64,000 bases of DNA from Octopus sinensis (Eukaryota), in contig NC_042998.1 in assembly GCF_006345805.1 (NCBI RefSeq), positions 116,870,001 to 116,934,000 of the forward strand. The letters are read 5' to 3'. The notes below the pieces were generated by a model, which made no database searches, was not told the DNA's origin, and was given only the letters and a program-made list of their open reading frames with translations. Shown piece by piece: positions 10,650 through 23,215 of this stretch (its first letter is position 1; every line of letters starts with the position of its first letter). The position numbers were made by a program, and so were the translations under genes.

Positions 10650-11517
10650 ATATATATGTACATATATATGTATATATATATATATGAAAATACGCATATA
10701 CATATATATATGTGTATGTATAAATATATGTATGTATCTATTCACGTATATATATATATGTATATATTCATTCATATAACCACACATTCAATGGAAGTGG
10801 CAAAAGTCTTTTGAAAGTACCGCAGTGTATTGTTAGCACTTATGGAACCCTGAAGTTTCACCATCGGCCGTATTTCTAATCAATACAATGGAATGATGGA
10901 ACGAACTAGCTGAAAAATTATTTAAACATCTACAGTATGAACCACAGCATGAGTTGGATGAACAATAGATAGTCAGACAATTTGCATACTGCATATTACG
11001 TCTTCCATTCCAATTCAACTCTATTTAAATTTTACTCTTAATGAAACAACACGCATTTCTAATTAGTATTTGTATCGGTTTCAGAATGAACTTGAAATCG
11101 GAGAATGACATTAAGTGAACAAAGAATGTAAAGCGACCTAATTAAAAATAGATGGTCATTTATTTAAGCGAAATGCGCTCTGGTTTTAGTCTGATAAAGC
11201 AAATATTGTTTCCTGTTTGACTGAGAGTAAGTGCGATATTAAATATTGAGGAAATTTGGTTTTGCATTATCCTCACAAATGTTGCGTAACCTATGAATTT
11301 CTTTCGAATAGAAATTCCTCAGTCTGAAGAGTACTGGTTTAAAAGAATGATCACCGGATCCTGCCACTGTAACTACGTGCACATTAAAAACATTTCGTCA
11401 TACACAATGAACATTTCCTTCATACAAAATTAATAGCTTGGTAATGGCTTCTAAACGGTCACTTTCTAAAACATATCACTTCAACTATTAATTCGGTGGA
11501 AAATCAAGTAATAAATA

Positions 11518-11559
<42 letters not shown>

Positions 11560-13734
11560 CATATCTTCATATGTACATGTACACATGCGTACATACATAC
11601 ATACATACATATATGCATAATTATATACATACATATATATGATGAATGGTGAAAAAGAGAAACAAATCAAGAATTTTATTTTCCAATTTTACCACTTTTC
11701 TTGAAAACAGAATATTGGGATTTCCTTTTCGGGTGGTTGTTATTTCTGTAGATCCATTCTACATATCTTCATTGATGGATTTCATTAATTTGTAACGTAT
11801 AGTCAATTCTTCTTAAACTCATCGTGTTAGTGCTGATATCTATGTTTTAGCTATCTTCTGAGGAGGAATAATTATTTCCTCGTCCAGTTTCTATATCCAA
11901 TAAAGTCAGCATTTCTAGTAGAGGGTCTAAAACTTATGCGATGTCAAATATGTGACCTCAAAATGTGTTCTTCCTGGAAAATTAAAGAGTCCATTGCCAT
12001 TGTTTTGGTCTACCCGTGTACGTAACTTATACAGTCAGGTATTTTGCATTTTGTTATCACACAGGCGAAAAACACCTGGGCATTCAGATAAGTTAATTAC
12101 AAAAATCAATATTCTCGAATCTGTCTTGAAATATATTGATATAGAACTGTTCACAGTAATTTGCTGAGTGAGTTTAGAGCATCTATTTACAGTGATCAGC
12201 TTTAGAAATTTTATTATCTAGCCATTGCTAGAATAATGGATCAGGTGTAGTAATTTATCGCAAGAAGGAATTTTTTCTCGTGGTTGTGAAAATATATGTA
12301 ATATTATGGCTTCGACAAAAAAAAAAGGGATACGTCGGAGTTTGTTTGATTGTCATATTGTAGTTAGATAGTTATTTTCACGGACAAATAACTATGCTGA
12401 AATATAGTCAATTAAGCCATAATATCCACATCTTATTTTCTTATTAATCTATACCAGAATGTGTTATCAAGCACGCCCTCTTTTAAGCAATGTAAAATCC
12501 AATTCAAGAGAGAATTTACTGAATTTTTAAGAAGTCAAGCAAACAGTCTTGGCCTCTTTCGATGCATAACTTAGTACAGGACAATAACAATTTTATTTGA
12601 GAAATATATGGTTATTCGATATTAAACTAAAATAGATATCTACAACTCAAATAGCATTCTGTGCATTTGACATACATGCCATTATATTCTTAATGTAACA
12701 AGTAAATCTATAGTAATTCATCTTATCCATCCGATCGAAGTTACTATCAAGTAATTGTGTGGACTAGTAATCATTTATTCTCTTAGGATATATTTGTATA
12801 ATTGAAAACCTACAATACAGGTAATAATTAAATCCCAAGCGTGTGGAGAATTAGAAAGTCCAGGCATTTTCTATTTTGACGGTCTGAATATTTTAAACTA
12901 TCTCAAAGATAGTTTGAAGAAGATGAAACATATACTAATTATATTGGCAATTTAAAACTGGATTAATTATTTCGTAATTTATAAATTAGAAGCCAGACGA
13001 CGCTAATCTAATTGGTGGAATTATGGCGTTTTGTGTATGCTATTGTTTTGCAAATGAGTTATAAGAAAAGCGACGATTACATAGTAAATAATATTCTGAA
13101 TAGTATCTAAAATTAAGTGGTCTTTGATTGATTATATTTTTTGTCATGAGGCAAAAATCAATGATTAAAAATCTCTGTAGAATCGAATTGCTTAAGACTA
13201 TCGATCAATGAATGAAATTTTAAACTTAAAAGGCAAATTTAATGGTATCAATTGTTAAGGTCACTTAATTGTACACCGTGGAAGCTATAAATACGGTGAA
13301 AGGGATGTGATGGGGGATCGTTAGAAGAAGGAAATAACAGAACAAGGAATCACACGGAAAACCTAGTGAGAGTGAGAGCGAGATTGAGAGAGAGAGAGAG
13401 TGACAGGAGATAGAAAACAAAAGGTATTGATACAAAACTTAGGCATGGTTAACTGGTTGATGTAATTGAACGACTCTTGAAAAGAAAATTAGCTAATACC
13501 TTTAATACAACAGACAAATTCGCTTGATTTATGAATGAAAGGACTAGGTTATTCCATAAATTAATGATTATCACATATAATACTGTCACTACAAATTTAA
13601 TCCTTCCTTTTAGCACTTTATTTGATAATCTATTATTGATTTCCTCATCCAATTATAAAATTATCTCTATTTCATTGATAACATCTTGCATGGGTTAATT
13701 AAACAATTTATTAAATACAATTCTGTATATATAT

Positions 13735-13794
<60 letters not shown>

Positions 13795-14415
13795 TATATA
13801 TATATAATATATATATATATATATTATATATATATATATGCATATATACATTTATATATACATATAGGGCATAGAATACATACACAAACATATATATCGC
13901 GCACAAGTAAATAATCTTCTCATAACTAATTAGCTAAACTGTAATCAATATTACAAAAACAAGCCAAGATTTTTGGGGAGAACTTTAAGAAGCATAAAAC
14001 GTTTACATAGGGACGTTTATTACTTTGTATTCATAATTGGAAAGATCGATCTATTCAGTTAAATTTCACATTTTGAGGCTTAATTAAGAAGGGTGGCGTC
14101 CATTAGCTTTTCAGGCTCTTTAACTGGGGCATTGTATTGATTAGATTCAGCGTGAAGATCCGTTTTTCAATGACTGTAGGAAAACATGCGCGATAAGACA
14201 AGCTGAGAAGTTTTATATTATGTGCATAGAAAACTGTGGACATGATTAGGCTGTGCTCCCGATTGTGATATTGTATATTTCACGCGAAGATTAGAGACGA
14301 GTCGATTATTCGACTTCATTGTAAGTGGTGCGTTTCTATAATGTTTATATGTCATTGTAGGCAATGCAAACGCAGAGTTGCTGTGGATCAGAACACATAG
14401 TTCGTTGATTGTTAC

Positions 14416-14540
14416 GAATATTAGAAGGCTAGGCAAAATGATTAGTGGCATTCCGTACATCTGTACGTTCTGAGTTAAATCCACGCAGAGGAAAACATTG
14501 TCTTTCATCATTTCGGTGTCGTTAAAACATATATCAGTGT
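14416..14540 (+). mobile_element. SINE family A, degraded
   Basis: GCAAAATGATTAGTGGCATT...TACGTTCTGAGTTAAATCC...TTTCATCATTTCGG aligns by eye to the 61698 copy. Confidence 0.75.
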
Positions 14541-14599
14541 ATAGTGAAAGTGCTGCGGTGAAATCCTGACACCATTGTGGGATAGCAAGTCAACTGTCC

Positions 14600-16323
14600 T
14601 AAACCGCATAAAGGCGCATAAGCAGAAGGGCTGCAAGCGTAAGTGCAGAGGTACCAAGGATCAATTCCTGATAGATAAGACTGTACTCAGAGACTGCAAG
14701 AGGAGGAAAAGTAACTTACACATGTCATGGATCGACTATCGTAAGGCGTAGGATATGATCCCACATTCTTGGGTTATGGAGTGTATGAACCTGTTTGGGA
14801 TTGCATCGAATGTTGAGCGATTGCTTGGAAAAAGTTTGGCGAATTGGGGGACGGAACTGACAGCATACAGATGTTTAGGGACAGTAGAAATTAGGAGGGG
14901 CGTCTTCCAAGGGGACTGTCTGTCCCCACTGATCTTTGTAATGTGCTTGATACCACTAACACTGATTGCGAGGAAAGCAAAAGCTGGGTATGTATTCAAA
15001 AGCCGCCAACAAAAAGGCAACCATTTGTTATTCATGGATGACCACAAATTTTACGATAAAAAACAAGTCAGTTTTTTCATTGATGCGGTGTATAATTTCA
15101 GTGCTGATATCAGAATGAAGTTCGAACTGAGAAAGCGTGGTGTGTTAGATTTGAAGAGAGGCATAATCAAATGTATGGACAGACTAACGATACCGTCTGG
15201 GGAGTTTATGAAGCAGATAGAAGAGATTGGATATAAGTACTTGGGGATTTTTGAAATGAATAAATTCATGTAGAAAGAAATGACAGAAAAATTGAAGGTG
15301 GAGTACTTGCGCAGACTGAGACTGATACTTAAGTCGAAATTAAACGGACGGAATATGATCGAAGCTATCAACACCTGGGCGGTTTCACTACTTAGATATG
15401 GAGCAGGGGTAATCGCAAAAACAGTAGGTGAACTAAAAAGCTTAGACAGCAAGACAAGGAAGTTGCTAACTAGATATGGGTCACTCCACCCAAAAAGTGA
15501 CCCATAAATACTGTATGTACCTAAAAAGAGAGGGGGAAGAGGACTTATTGGATGTGAACACAGCATTAGAGCAGAAGAAAACAACAAAGCATGGTATGTA
15601 AAAATGCCACAGAACCGCTAAAAAGGATTTAAACCAGAAACCGAGGCTGTAATCTGTGCTGCTCAAGGGCAAGCACTAAGAACAAACTACATAAAAAACA
15701 GAATAGACAGCACATCAGAAAGTGATAAGTGCAGAATCTGTGGACAAAACGGTGAAACCGTATGGCATATTACCAGCCTAGAAGGAATATAAGAGAAGCC
15801 ACGACAATATAGCCAGGGTTGGACACTTTGCACCAAGTATGAATTTGACAGAGCACAAACCTGAAGGTAGTGTTGAAAACAGAAATGCAAAGATTCTATG
15901 GGATTTTATTATTCAGTGCGACCATGAATAGGAAGCCGGGCATAGTCTTAATTGTGAAAGAAAACAGACTATGCTGGATCTTAGACATATCATGCCTAGC
16001 CGCCAACAAAGTATGCGATAAGGATGAAGGAAAAGTCGAGAGATATGACAGGTTAACTTGAGAAGTTAAGCAGTTGTGGTCGATGAAAAAGGTAGCAGTA
16101 GTACCAATAATTGTCGGAGGCCTAGCAAAAATCTTGAGAAGTACGTGGAACAAATAGGGCTTGCGATAAAGTTGGAGCACTTGCAGAAAACAGCACTGCT
16201 TGGAACCGCTTGAATACTCCGGAAGAGGTGATACCTTAGTTCACTGGTAGTGATCAGCTGACACTATGGTATATATCTCCAGCGTTAGAAGCTGCACAAA
16301 TGCAATAATATTAATAATAATAA
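14600..16323 (+). mobile_element. R4/Dong-clade non-LTR retrotransposon (RT, CCHC, restriction-like endonuclease), 5'-truncated and decayed
   Basis: [61 protein letters not shown] motifs with stops and frameshifts; short 3' UTR followed by TAA repeats. Confidence 0.93.
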
Positions 16324-16387
16324 CGTCGAAAATACCTTAGGAATGAGAACCCAGGTTTTAAGTTTTACCAAGACATCTGATGAAGGC
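16322..16387 (+). mobile_element. Short fragment ending in half a hammerhead core (CTGATGAAGGC), probable PLE pseudo-LTR
   Basis: CTGATGA at 16377-16383 followed by AGGC, then abrupt fusion to an inverted Dong 3' end. Family assignment rests on recollection of octopus repeats. Confidence 0.45.
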
Positions 16388-16465
16388 ATTTGTGCAGCTT
16401 CTAATGCTGGAGATGTACTATAGTGTCAGTTGTTCATTACCAGTGAACTAAGGTAACTCCACCTC
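16386..16465 (-). mobile_element. R4/Dong 3' UTR fragment, inverted
   Basis: Reverse complement matches 16225-16303 (TACCTTAGTTCACTGGTA.TGA.CA.CTGACACTAT.GTA...ATCTCCAGC.TTAGAAGCTGCACAAATGC). Confidence 0.9.
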
Positions 16466-17197
16466 ACCATTTTAACCTATCTCTTGTTTCGATAGATCTT
16501 AATAACACTAGAAACAGTCTTACTACTCTATAATGGTACTTATAACCCACGGTTTATACTTAGTAACACGTGTTACTTTAATGTAGGGTCTACACCTTAC
16601 TCCTTTATTTTCGTCATGCTTAGAAGTATTGAGTCTCATGTACGCAGTTTATTTACAACCCCACTCTACCCCTTTTCCTAATCCTTGTATGTTACACTCT
16701 CTTTCTCTTATAATTATAAACTTTACATACATTTAACTACCCCTATTAGTATTTATAATTCCGCATCTTACGAATAGGAACTGCTTTTAGTATAATGGAT
16801 TTTTTACATCTTACTTCTTTTATAAGTCATACTGTTAGGAATAACCGAGGCTCTCCTCGTTAATCTAATACCTAACCACTCCCCTATTCTTCTCCTAAGA
16901 TTTTAAATATAATCCACTACCTATATCTATTACTTATTTCATTCACCAATTTACATTTCCCCCATCTTATTAACGTGTTACCCTTTGAATTTTGCCTTTT
17001 ATTTCTATTATTGGTGATATCAGAACACACAGGTTTATATATGTATATATAAATATACATTTATATATGCATATATACATACCTAAATACAAAATCAAAA
17101 AAACACTCATAAGACGGAAGGAAAAAGTCAAATGAATGTGTTGATGTTGCATAAGCAACATATTTAATCAAACGCTCAAATTCGGAAAAGAGGAGTA

Positions 17198-17234
17198 ATT
17201 CTACGTTTCTAGCATAGCTCTTGTTCAGAAAGAG
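17198..17234 (-). ncRNA. Degenerate hammerhead-like remnant of the 5174 type
   Basis: Minus strand CTTT-CTGAACA-A-GAGC-TAT-GCTA-GAAA-CGT-A; core and stem I are mutated. Confidence 0.35.
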
Positions 17235-17344
17235 GAAAAACAGGAAAGTGCAAGTCGAAGGAGCACAATCGCATGCGATTACATTTTTGAAATGACCGGA
17301 AGTGGAAGCAATGAAGAGAAAGTGGTTTCTGGGACATGGTCTGT

Positions 17345-18260
17345 ACATGTGTGTGCGTAGTAGCTTGTGTGTGTGTAGAAGCGCATGTGTGTGTGTGGTA
17401 GCGTGTGCGTGTGTTTTGGCAAGCCTGTGTTGGTGGGTGAAAGTGTTTGCGCGTGTGGTAGTAACAGTGTGTGTGTGCGTGAGGAGTGTCTGTATGTGTG
17501 GTTATAAGTTTGTATATATCTGTTTGTGTGCGTAGTTTGTGTGTGCATGTGTGTGTTTGTGGTGTGATCTGCGTGCGTGTGTTAAATTCATTCTGAGTGG
17601 TCAGCAGCTCGAGTGACAGGTGTGTCGATGCGTAGGTGTATCAGTGTATGTGTGTGTAGATGGAAGGTCAGTAGTGAGTCAGAGTCAGTCGGGTTCGAGT
17701 CGGGTATAAAAATGGGCTGCTCTGTGAATGGGTGTGTGAATGGATGAGTGTGTAGTTGTGTGTGTGTATATGTTGACATATATGCGTAGACGGAGTCGGT
17801 ATGTGTATATGTGTGTGTGCGCACGTGTATGGGTTCGTGTCTCTCTCTCTGTCACTTTGTATCTCTCTCTCGCTGTATATATACATATGTGTGTGTGTCT
17901 GTGTGTGTGTGTGCGCGTGTGTCCGTTTGTTCGTTTGGTATGTGTGTGAGGGTGTTTGTGGGTGATGTGTGGGGGAATGTTCGTGTGAGTGTGTCGAAGT
18001 GTATTCATGTGCTTGTAAATGCGTGTATGTGTGTCCGTTGCGCGTGTGTTGTGAGTGTGAATGATTCTGTGTGTGGAGGATTGTGTGTTCATGTGTATGT
18101 ACGTGCATGTGTGCGTTTGTGCGTGTGTGAGCTTGTGCGTGCGTGTATGTGCGTGCGTGTTTGTATGTGTGTATGTACGCGCGCGTGTGTGCGTGCGTGC
18201 ACATGTGTATGGTTGCACGTGTATCTGTGTCTCTCTTTCTCTCTCACTCTCTCTCTCTCT
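17345..18260. repeat. Long degenerate (GT)/(GC)-rich simple-sequence region
   Basis: Interrupted TG/CG dinucleotide repeats; source of many spurious His/Thr/Cys/Val ORFs. Confidence 0.9.
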
Positions 18261-18577
18261 CTGGCTTTATAAATACATTCATGCATAGATACATACACCT
18301 AGAATGTAAATAATATTTAAAATATATTTGATTCATAATCCATTTAAGTGCTCAACCAATTGAAACCATTCAAAATATCTTATCATCATGAATCATACTG
18401 CCGGTTTCAGACCAGAAGTATACTTCGATTAACGTGATAGGATATATTCTCTTGTTAATTAAATGAAATTTCTTTTAAATATGAATTTATACATACTGGA
18501 GGATTTACATTCATAAAATATCACTATACGTCAAATATGAGAGACTATTTTTTAATTTTCAAATGATAATGAAGCTG

Positions 18578-18629
18578 ATGACGACGGCTGGTATGACGAC
18601 GGCTGGTATGACGACGGCTGGAATGACGA
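18578..18629. repeat. 15-bp tandem repeat (ATGACGACGGCTGGT) x3
   Basis: Three direct units plus a partial. Confidence 0.95.
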
Positions 18630-19072
18630 TGCTGTTGATGATGTTTAATCCTAGGTCGCACATATGACGAAATATGCTTCTATCAAATCCATGCTTTGTT
18701 GTTAAGAGACATTGAATCCAAGACATACAACATCTCGTTTCCAATACGAAGATTAGGGTTAGGAAGATTTAGCAGTTATTTTTTCCCGCAAGAACAGAGT
18801 CCACTCACAACTACAGCATTGATTCGAATATTGAATATTATTTTCTTGCTTCATGTATATTTGGAACGCTTAAACAGAGAGATGTATTAAATTGAATGAT
18901 CGAGTCGACTATTATGGGTCGAAAGTATAATTGAAAAAGGAAATCTTATATTGACAACATATTAATTGAAGTACGTATCATATCTATTTATCTGAGAAAT
19001 GTGATATTTGTGGAATAAAAATTACCGTTCTACTTGCAGTAGATTATTAGTAACACATAAATACTATCTTAT

Positions 19073-19121
<49 letters not shown>

Positions 19122-19156
19122 TATATATATATATCTTTTGTTTTTTCGTGAACTCT

Positions 19157-19244
<88 letters not shown>

Positions 19245-19248
<4 letters not shown>

Positions 19249-19555
19249 GTGCGTAAGGTATTTGAGGACATACATTTTGGGGGGCCATTGCAGTGTATTT
19301 TTTGCTAACATATATAATAATTTTTTCAGAAAATAATAATGGTAGACCTTCAGCTTACTCAAGAAAGGAAGAGGCATGCTGTCATTGTGGTTATAAATGC
19401 TGAGCATAGTTGCCTGATCTTTCGCCAACAAAGTTTGTAAGCAGCTAAGGACTAAAGATGGAAACGTATCAACAGTATCAAAACATAAAAGCATTCTCAG
19501 AGCTCTGAAATCATCCGAACACCTGAATTTATCCAGCAAATTCAACATACGACGT
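19245..19555 (+). mobile_element. Tc1/mariner-superfamily DD37D (maT-type) 5' fragment
   Basis: TIR-like GGGGGTGCGTAAGGTATTTGAGGACA followed by frameshifted N-terminal ERKRHAVIV...KHSQSSEIIRTPEFIQQIQ. Confidence 0.55.
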
Positions 19556-19570
19556 GAAGTCACGTGGTAA

Positions 19571-19706
19571 GGGAGTTCCGGTGCCCATGATAGACGATTC
19601 TCGTCTTCAATGTATGTGTTTCTATGTATTAAGCGCCTGTGTGATAGGATCTGTCAATGCAAATAGCGCAGTATTTGGTGTTCTAACAAGTCAACCATGT
19701 TAATTT
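19571..19706 (+). repeat. Short unclassified dispersed repeat (copies at 22123-22265 and partial at 25447-25482)
   Basis: Shared GGGAGTTCCGGTG.CCATGA.AGACGATTCTC ... GAGGATCT ... TTCTAACAAG.CA.CCATGTTAATTT; 25447 shares TATGTGTGATTTTATACACCA.G..CTTATATGAGA with the 22123 copy. Confidence 0.8.
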
Positions 19707-20439
19707 ACAATATCGATGTTAGAAAGATTACCTTTTTGTATTAATACTGTTTCCGTCTGTAAAAACTCTGACAAACGAGGTTTTTGTTGCTTGGTGATGG
19801 ACACATGTTTCGTAGTAATTTGGAGTACTGATTTCACAAATTGAAATGAGGATTATTCAAAATTTCCGGTATCTTTACAATTTTTAAGCATAGATATCGC
19901 TTCATAAAATGCAGAGGCAAGTAGGGATCATAATATAACTTTGAAAACGGTTTTTCAATGACTTTTAAAGTAAATGCAGCTACAAAAGTGAAAACAAGTG
20001 TCATGATTTAAATGTTTTTAGTAAATTAAAACCATCCAACTTGAGCAACTTTCACTATTTCGAATATAACTAGTTTTAAATCTCATAACGATGACATACG
20101 TCTTTTTACACAATTAGATATCAATAAATTACACACCTTTGTGGCTCTTGACATCATAAAATTCTTATATTTGTGGAATTTGTCTGTAAATATGACGACG
20201 CTATGCTTGATTTAGTGTAACTATTATTACAAACCAGATGAGACATGTTTTGTTGAACCATTAACTATTTTTTATGAAATAGTTATTTTGAATGTGCTAC
20301 TAATATTTTAATTGACGTTATATGGGTAAAGGTCACATTTTGTTGAGCATGGTCAAAGAACTATGGAAAGAATTTCATGGTCAAAGAAATATACAGAGAA
20401 TTTCATGCACAGTATAGAACATTGCCACCACAGATCTAC

Positions 20440-21190
20440 ATTTGTTTATTTATAACTATTAAAACCCCAGGTGATAACTGGCTTCAACATATGTTCCGTA
20501 TTTCAAAAGTATGGCCACTTGTGGGATACGAAAGAGCAAAACGGAGCACTGATATCTACTGCTATATTTGTGAATGTTACACCTTAAGTTGGCAGCGAAG
20601 CAATATCACATATTTTGTGAAGACAGCTTTCCTTACTTTGGTATAGAAGAGGGTGATCAAGAAGAAATCTGGCATCCCATACTGTGTGTAAATCATAGGA
20701 TGAAAAACTGAAACACTGACAGTTTCTTGATTCAAATTCTTAAGTAGAAAGTGTGCATGTTGTGTGTGTGTGTGAGAGAAAACTTAGGTTGGCGTATTTG
20801 ACGGTCCACAGCTTAGGTGACTACCACTGAATGAGCAGTTTTTTGAGGACCATGTTTGGGGTTGCAAAAACAGAATGGAATGCTGTTCCTTTCAGTTGTG
20901 CCTGATTTTCTTTGACACAGAATCACTTCAAATTATGAAGAAGTTGTGCAGATCCTGTTTAACCAGATTCCGAGCATTGGACTGCAACATGAGAGTTAAA
21001 GTCTATTTTCTGAACAATCATCTGGACTGATTATCAGAGAAACATAGTGCAATAAGTGATGCTCAAGGAGGAGGATTTTACCAAGACATCGAAACCATAG
21101 ATACTAAGTATACAGATAGGTGGAATTCAGGAATGATAGCTCGCTAATGCTTGTCACTGCAAACATAGCATTCACGCAAAGCAGCAAATA
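20440..21190 (+). mobile_element. Fossil DNA transposase, probably CMC/Chapaev3 type, internally deleted
   Basis: Fragments YCYICECYTL.WQRSNIT.FVK, YFGIEEGDQEEIWHP, GVFDGPQLR, CNMRVKVYFLNNHLD and ISDAQGGGFYQDIETIDTKYTDRWNSGM match the recalled FCYICG / GDQDKxWAPH / GIFxGPQIR / SDEQGERFHQDI motif series; the superfamily name is from memory. Confidence 0.7.
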
Positions 21191-21404
21191 GAAATCCACT
21201 CCTTGTGTAGTTAAAACTCCAGTTGACACAAATACCTCGCATAAAATTTGTAAATAAGCATTTTTGTGTAATATTTTTCTTTAGTAATCAAATGAAGTAT
21301 TTGGTTTCTGTTTGTTTCTTATTTCAGTATTGCATTTAATGACAAAATAGAGAGATTTTAAGAAAAAAATTAACTTTGGTTTAACAAAAATTAATAGACG
21401 GGGT

Positions 21405-21495
21405 TTTTTTCAGTTTCAGTCTGCCACATCAACTCACAGAACTTTGGTAGGCCCAAGCTATGGTAGAAGACACTTACAAAACGTGTCACGCAAAT
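21405..21495 (-). mobile_element. SINE family B fragment
   Basis: TTCAGTTTCAGTCTGCCACATCAACTCACAGAACTTTGGTAGGCCCAAGCTATGGTAGAAGACACTT matches the 55330-55420 region. Confidence 0.7.
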
Positions 21496-22304
21496 TTCTG
21501 AGGGATTTTCTGAAACCAATGCCATCATATTACCTACAACTAATTGTAAATAGGAAGGACACTAAAACTCTTCTCGAAAATGTTTCCTAGTGTTATCAAT
21601 AAATTATGGAAGGGGCTGTCCAGCCTTATTATTTATGGACAAACTATACATTTCCGCTTATTCAAAGAGTAAGCTGCGTTCAGAAATGATGTCTGAAATT
21701 TTCTATCACGTCAAGGCATTTTTTAAACTTTTAAGCAGCAATTAATTTCCTTACCAAAAGTGTCACTTTTGACTTTAATGCAAAACTGGAATAGGAAAAG
21801 AGCACTAACCAAATAGGGCTTAAGAGACCTTGTTTTGTTCGGAGACTTAACAGTAGAAAAAACAACTTGACATGAAAAAAGAAAGCTGACTGTAGTTTTG
21901 AACTGAGCATGTCATTGTCAGTCTATATCACGTGGAGAACAAGCTCAACAGAAATTATATTCAGAGATGTTCCTCTGTGCAATTAATCTTTAATAAACAA
22001 GCTGGACGTTTGCGACATTAGTATCTAAAAAGAGGATATATCGCAGCAGCGAAATTTGACTGGCATTCAGTGACAGGATGACTACCACTGATGATTTCCA
22101 TTACAATAAAATCACATATTATGGGAGTTCCGGTGACCATGAGAGACGATTCTCATCTGCTCTGATCTATATGTGTGATTTTATACACCAGGCTCTTATA
22201 TGAGAGGATCTTTCAAGGCTCATACCGTATTATCCGATATTCTAACAAGACAGCCATGTTAATTTGGATAAAAAACTGCTTTTGGTTTTATTACTTCTTC
22301 CATT

Positions 22305-22590
22305 CGTTTATTATTTTACTTGCTTCAGACATTTGACTGCGACCATGCTGAAGAACCGCATTTAGTCTAACAAATCGATCCCAGGTCTTATTTTTTGTAA
22401 GCCCAGTACTTACTCTACCGCAGTGTTCTGCCGAACCGCTAGGTTACAGGGACATAAACACACCAACATGGGTTGTCAGGGACAGAGACACACACTCACG
22501 TACATTTGCACACACACGAAGAAACACACATATACACACATGCATATATATATATATATAGATATATGTATATATATATATATATCTGTA

Positions 22591-22621
<31 letters not shown>

Positions 22622-22626
22622 GTATG

Positions 22627-22702
<76 letters not shown>

Positions 22703-22933
22703 TCAATATAGGGTGGCAAAAGAATTCAGCAGACATTATTTGCCACCAGCGGCCTAGTGGGAAAAAGTAAATAGTCAGAGACCATTAATAAATTCAACAG
22801 CAAAATTTAGGAACGGCCATAATAGGCCGTTCAACAACTATATATGCTGTATATATATATATATATATATTTACAACTATATATGCTGTATATATATATA
22901 CAACTGTATATATATATACAACTATACATGCTG

Positions 22934-23021
<88 letters not shown>

Positions 23022-23215
23022 TATAATATATATATATATATATATACATATATACATACATACGGCATGCTTTTTTCAGTTTCTGTCTACCAAATCCGCT
23101 CACAAGGCTTTGGTCGGCCCGAGGCTATAGTTAAAGATACTTGCGCAAGATGCCGCACCGTTGGACTGAACACGGAACCATGTTGCTGGTAAGCAAGATT
23201 CTTACCACAACCATG
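22305..23215 (-). mobile_element. SINE family B (tRNA-headed, internal CA/TA microsatellite), expanded internally
   Basis: CATTTGACTGCGACCATGCTG...GCCGAACCGCTA at the left end and CAGTTTCTGTCTACCAAATCC...CTTACCACAACC at the right end match 54885-55482. Confidence 0.85.

Noticed and set aside
10833-11018. Cys-containing ORF (SNSCCGSYCRC)
   Set aside because: Cys spacing matches no domain I recognise, and no splice donor was found.
11324-11345. CTGAAGA core-like heptamer, and similar ones at 4488, 11858, 48297 and 60893
   Set aside because: No stem II-GAAA-stem III-stem I continuation.
13449-13652. 67-aa ORF MDEEINNRLSNKVLKGRIK
   Set aside because: Length expected by chance in AT-rich DNA; no homology recognised.
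15051-15587. 178-aa minus-strand ORF, and similar ORFs at 26036-26518, 50115-50444 and 51993-52550
   Set aside because: Antisense shadows of LINE coding sequence.
17690-17705. GGTTCGAGTC B-box-like motif
   Set aside because: No A box at proper spacing and no cloverleaf; not a tRNA gene.
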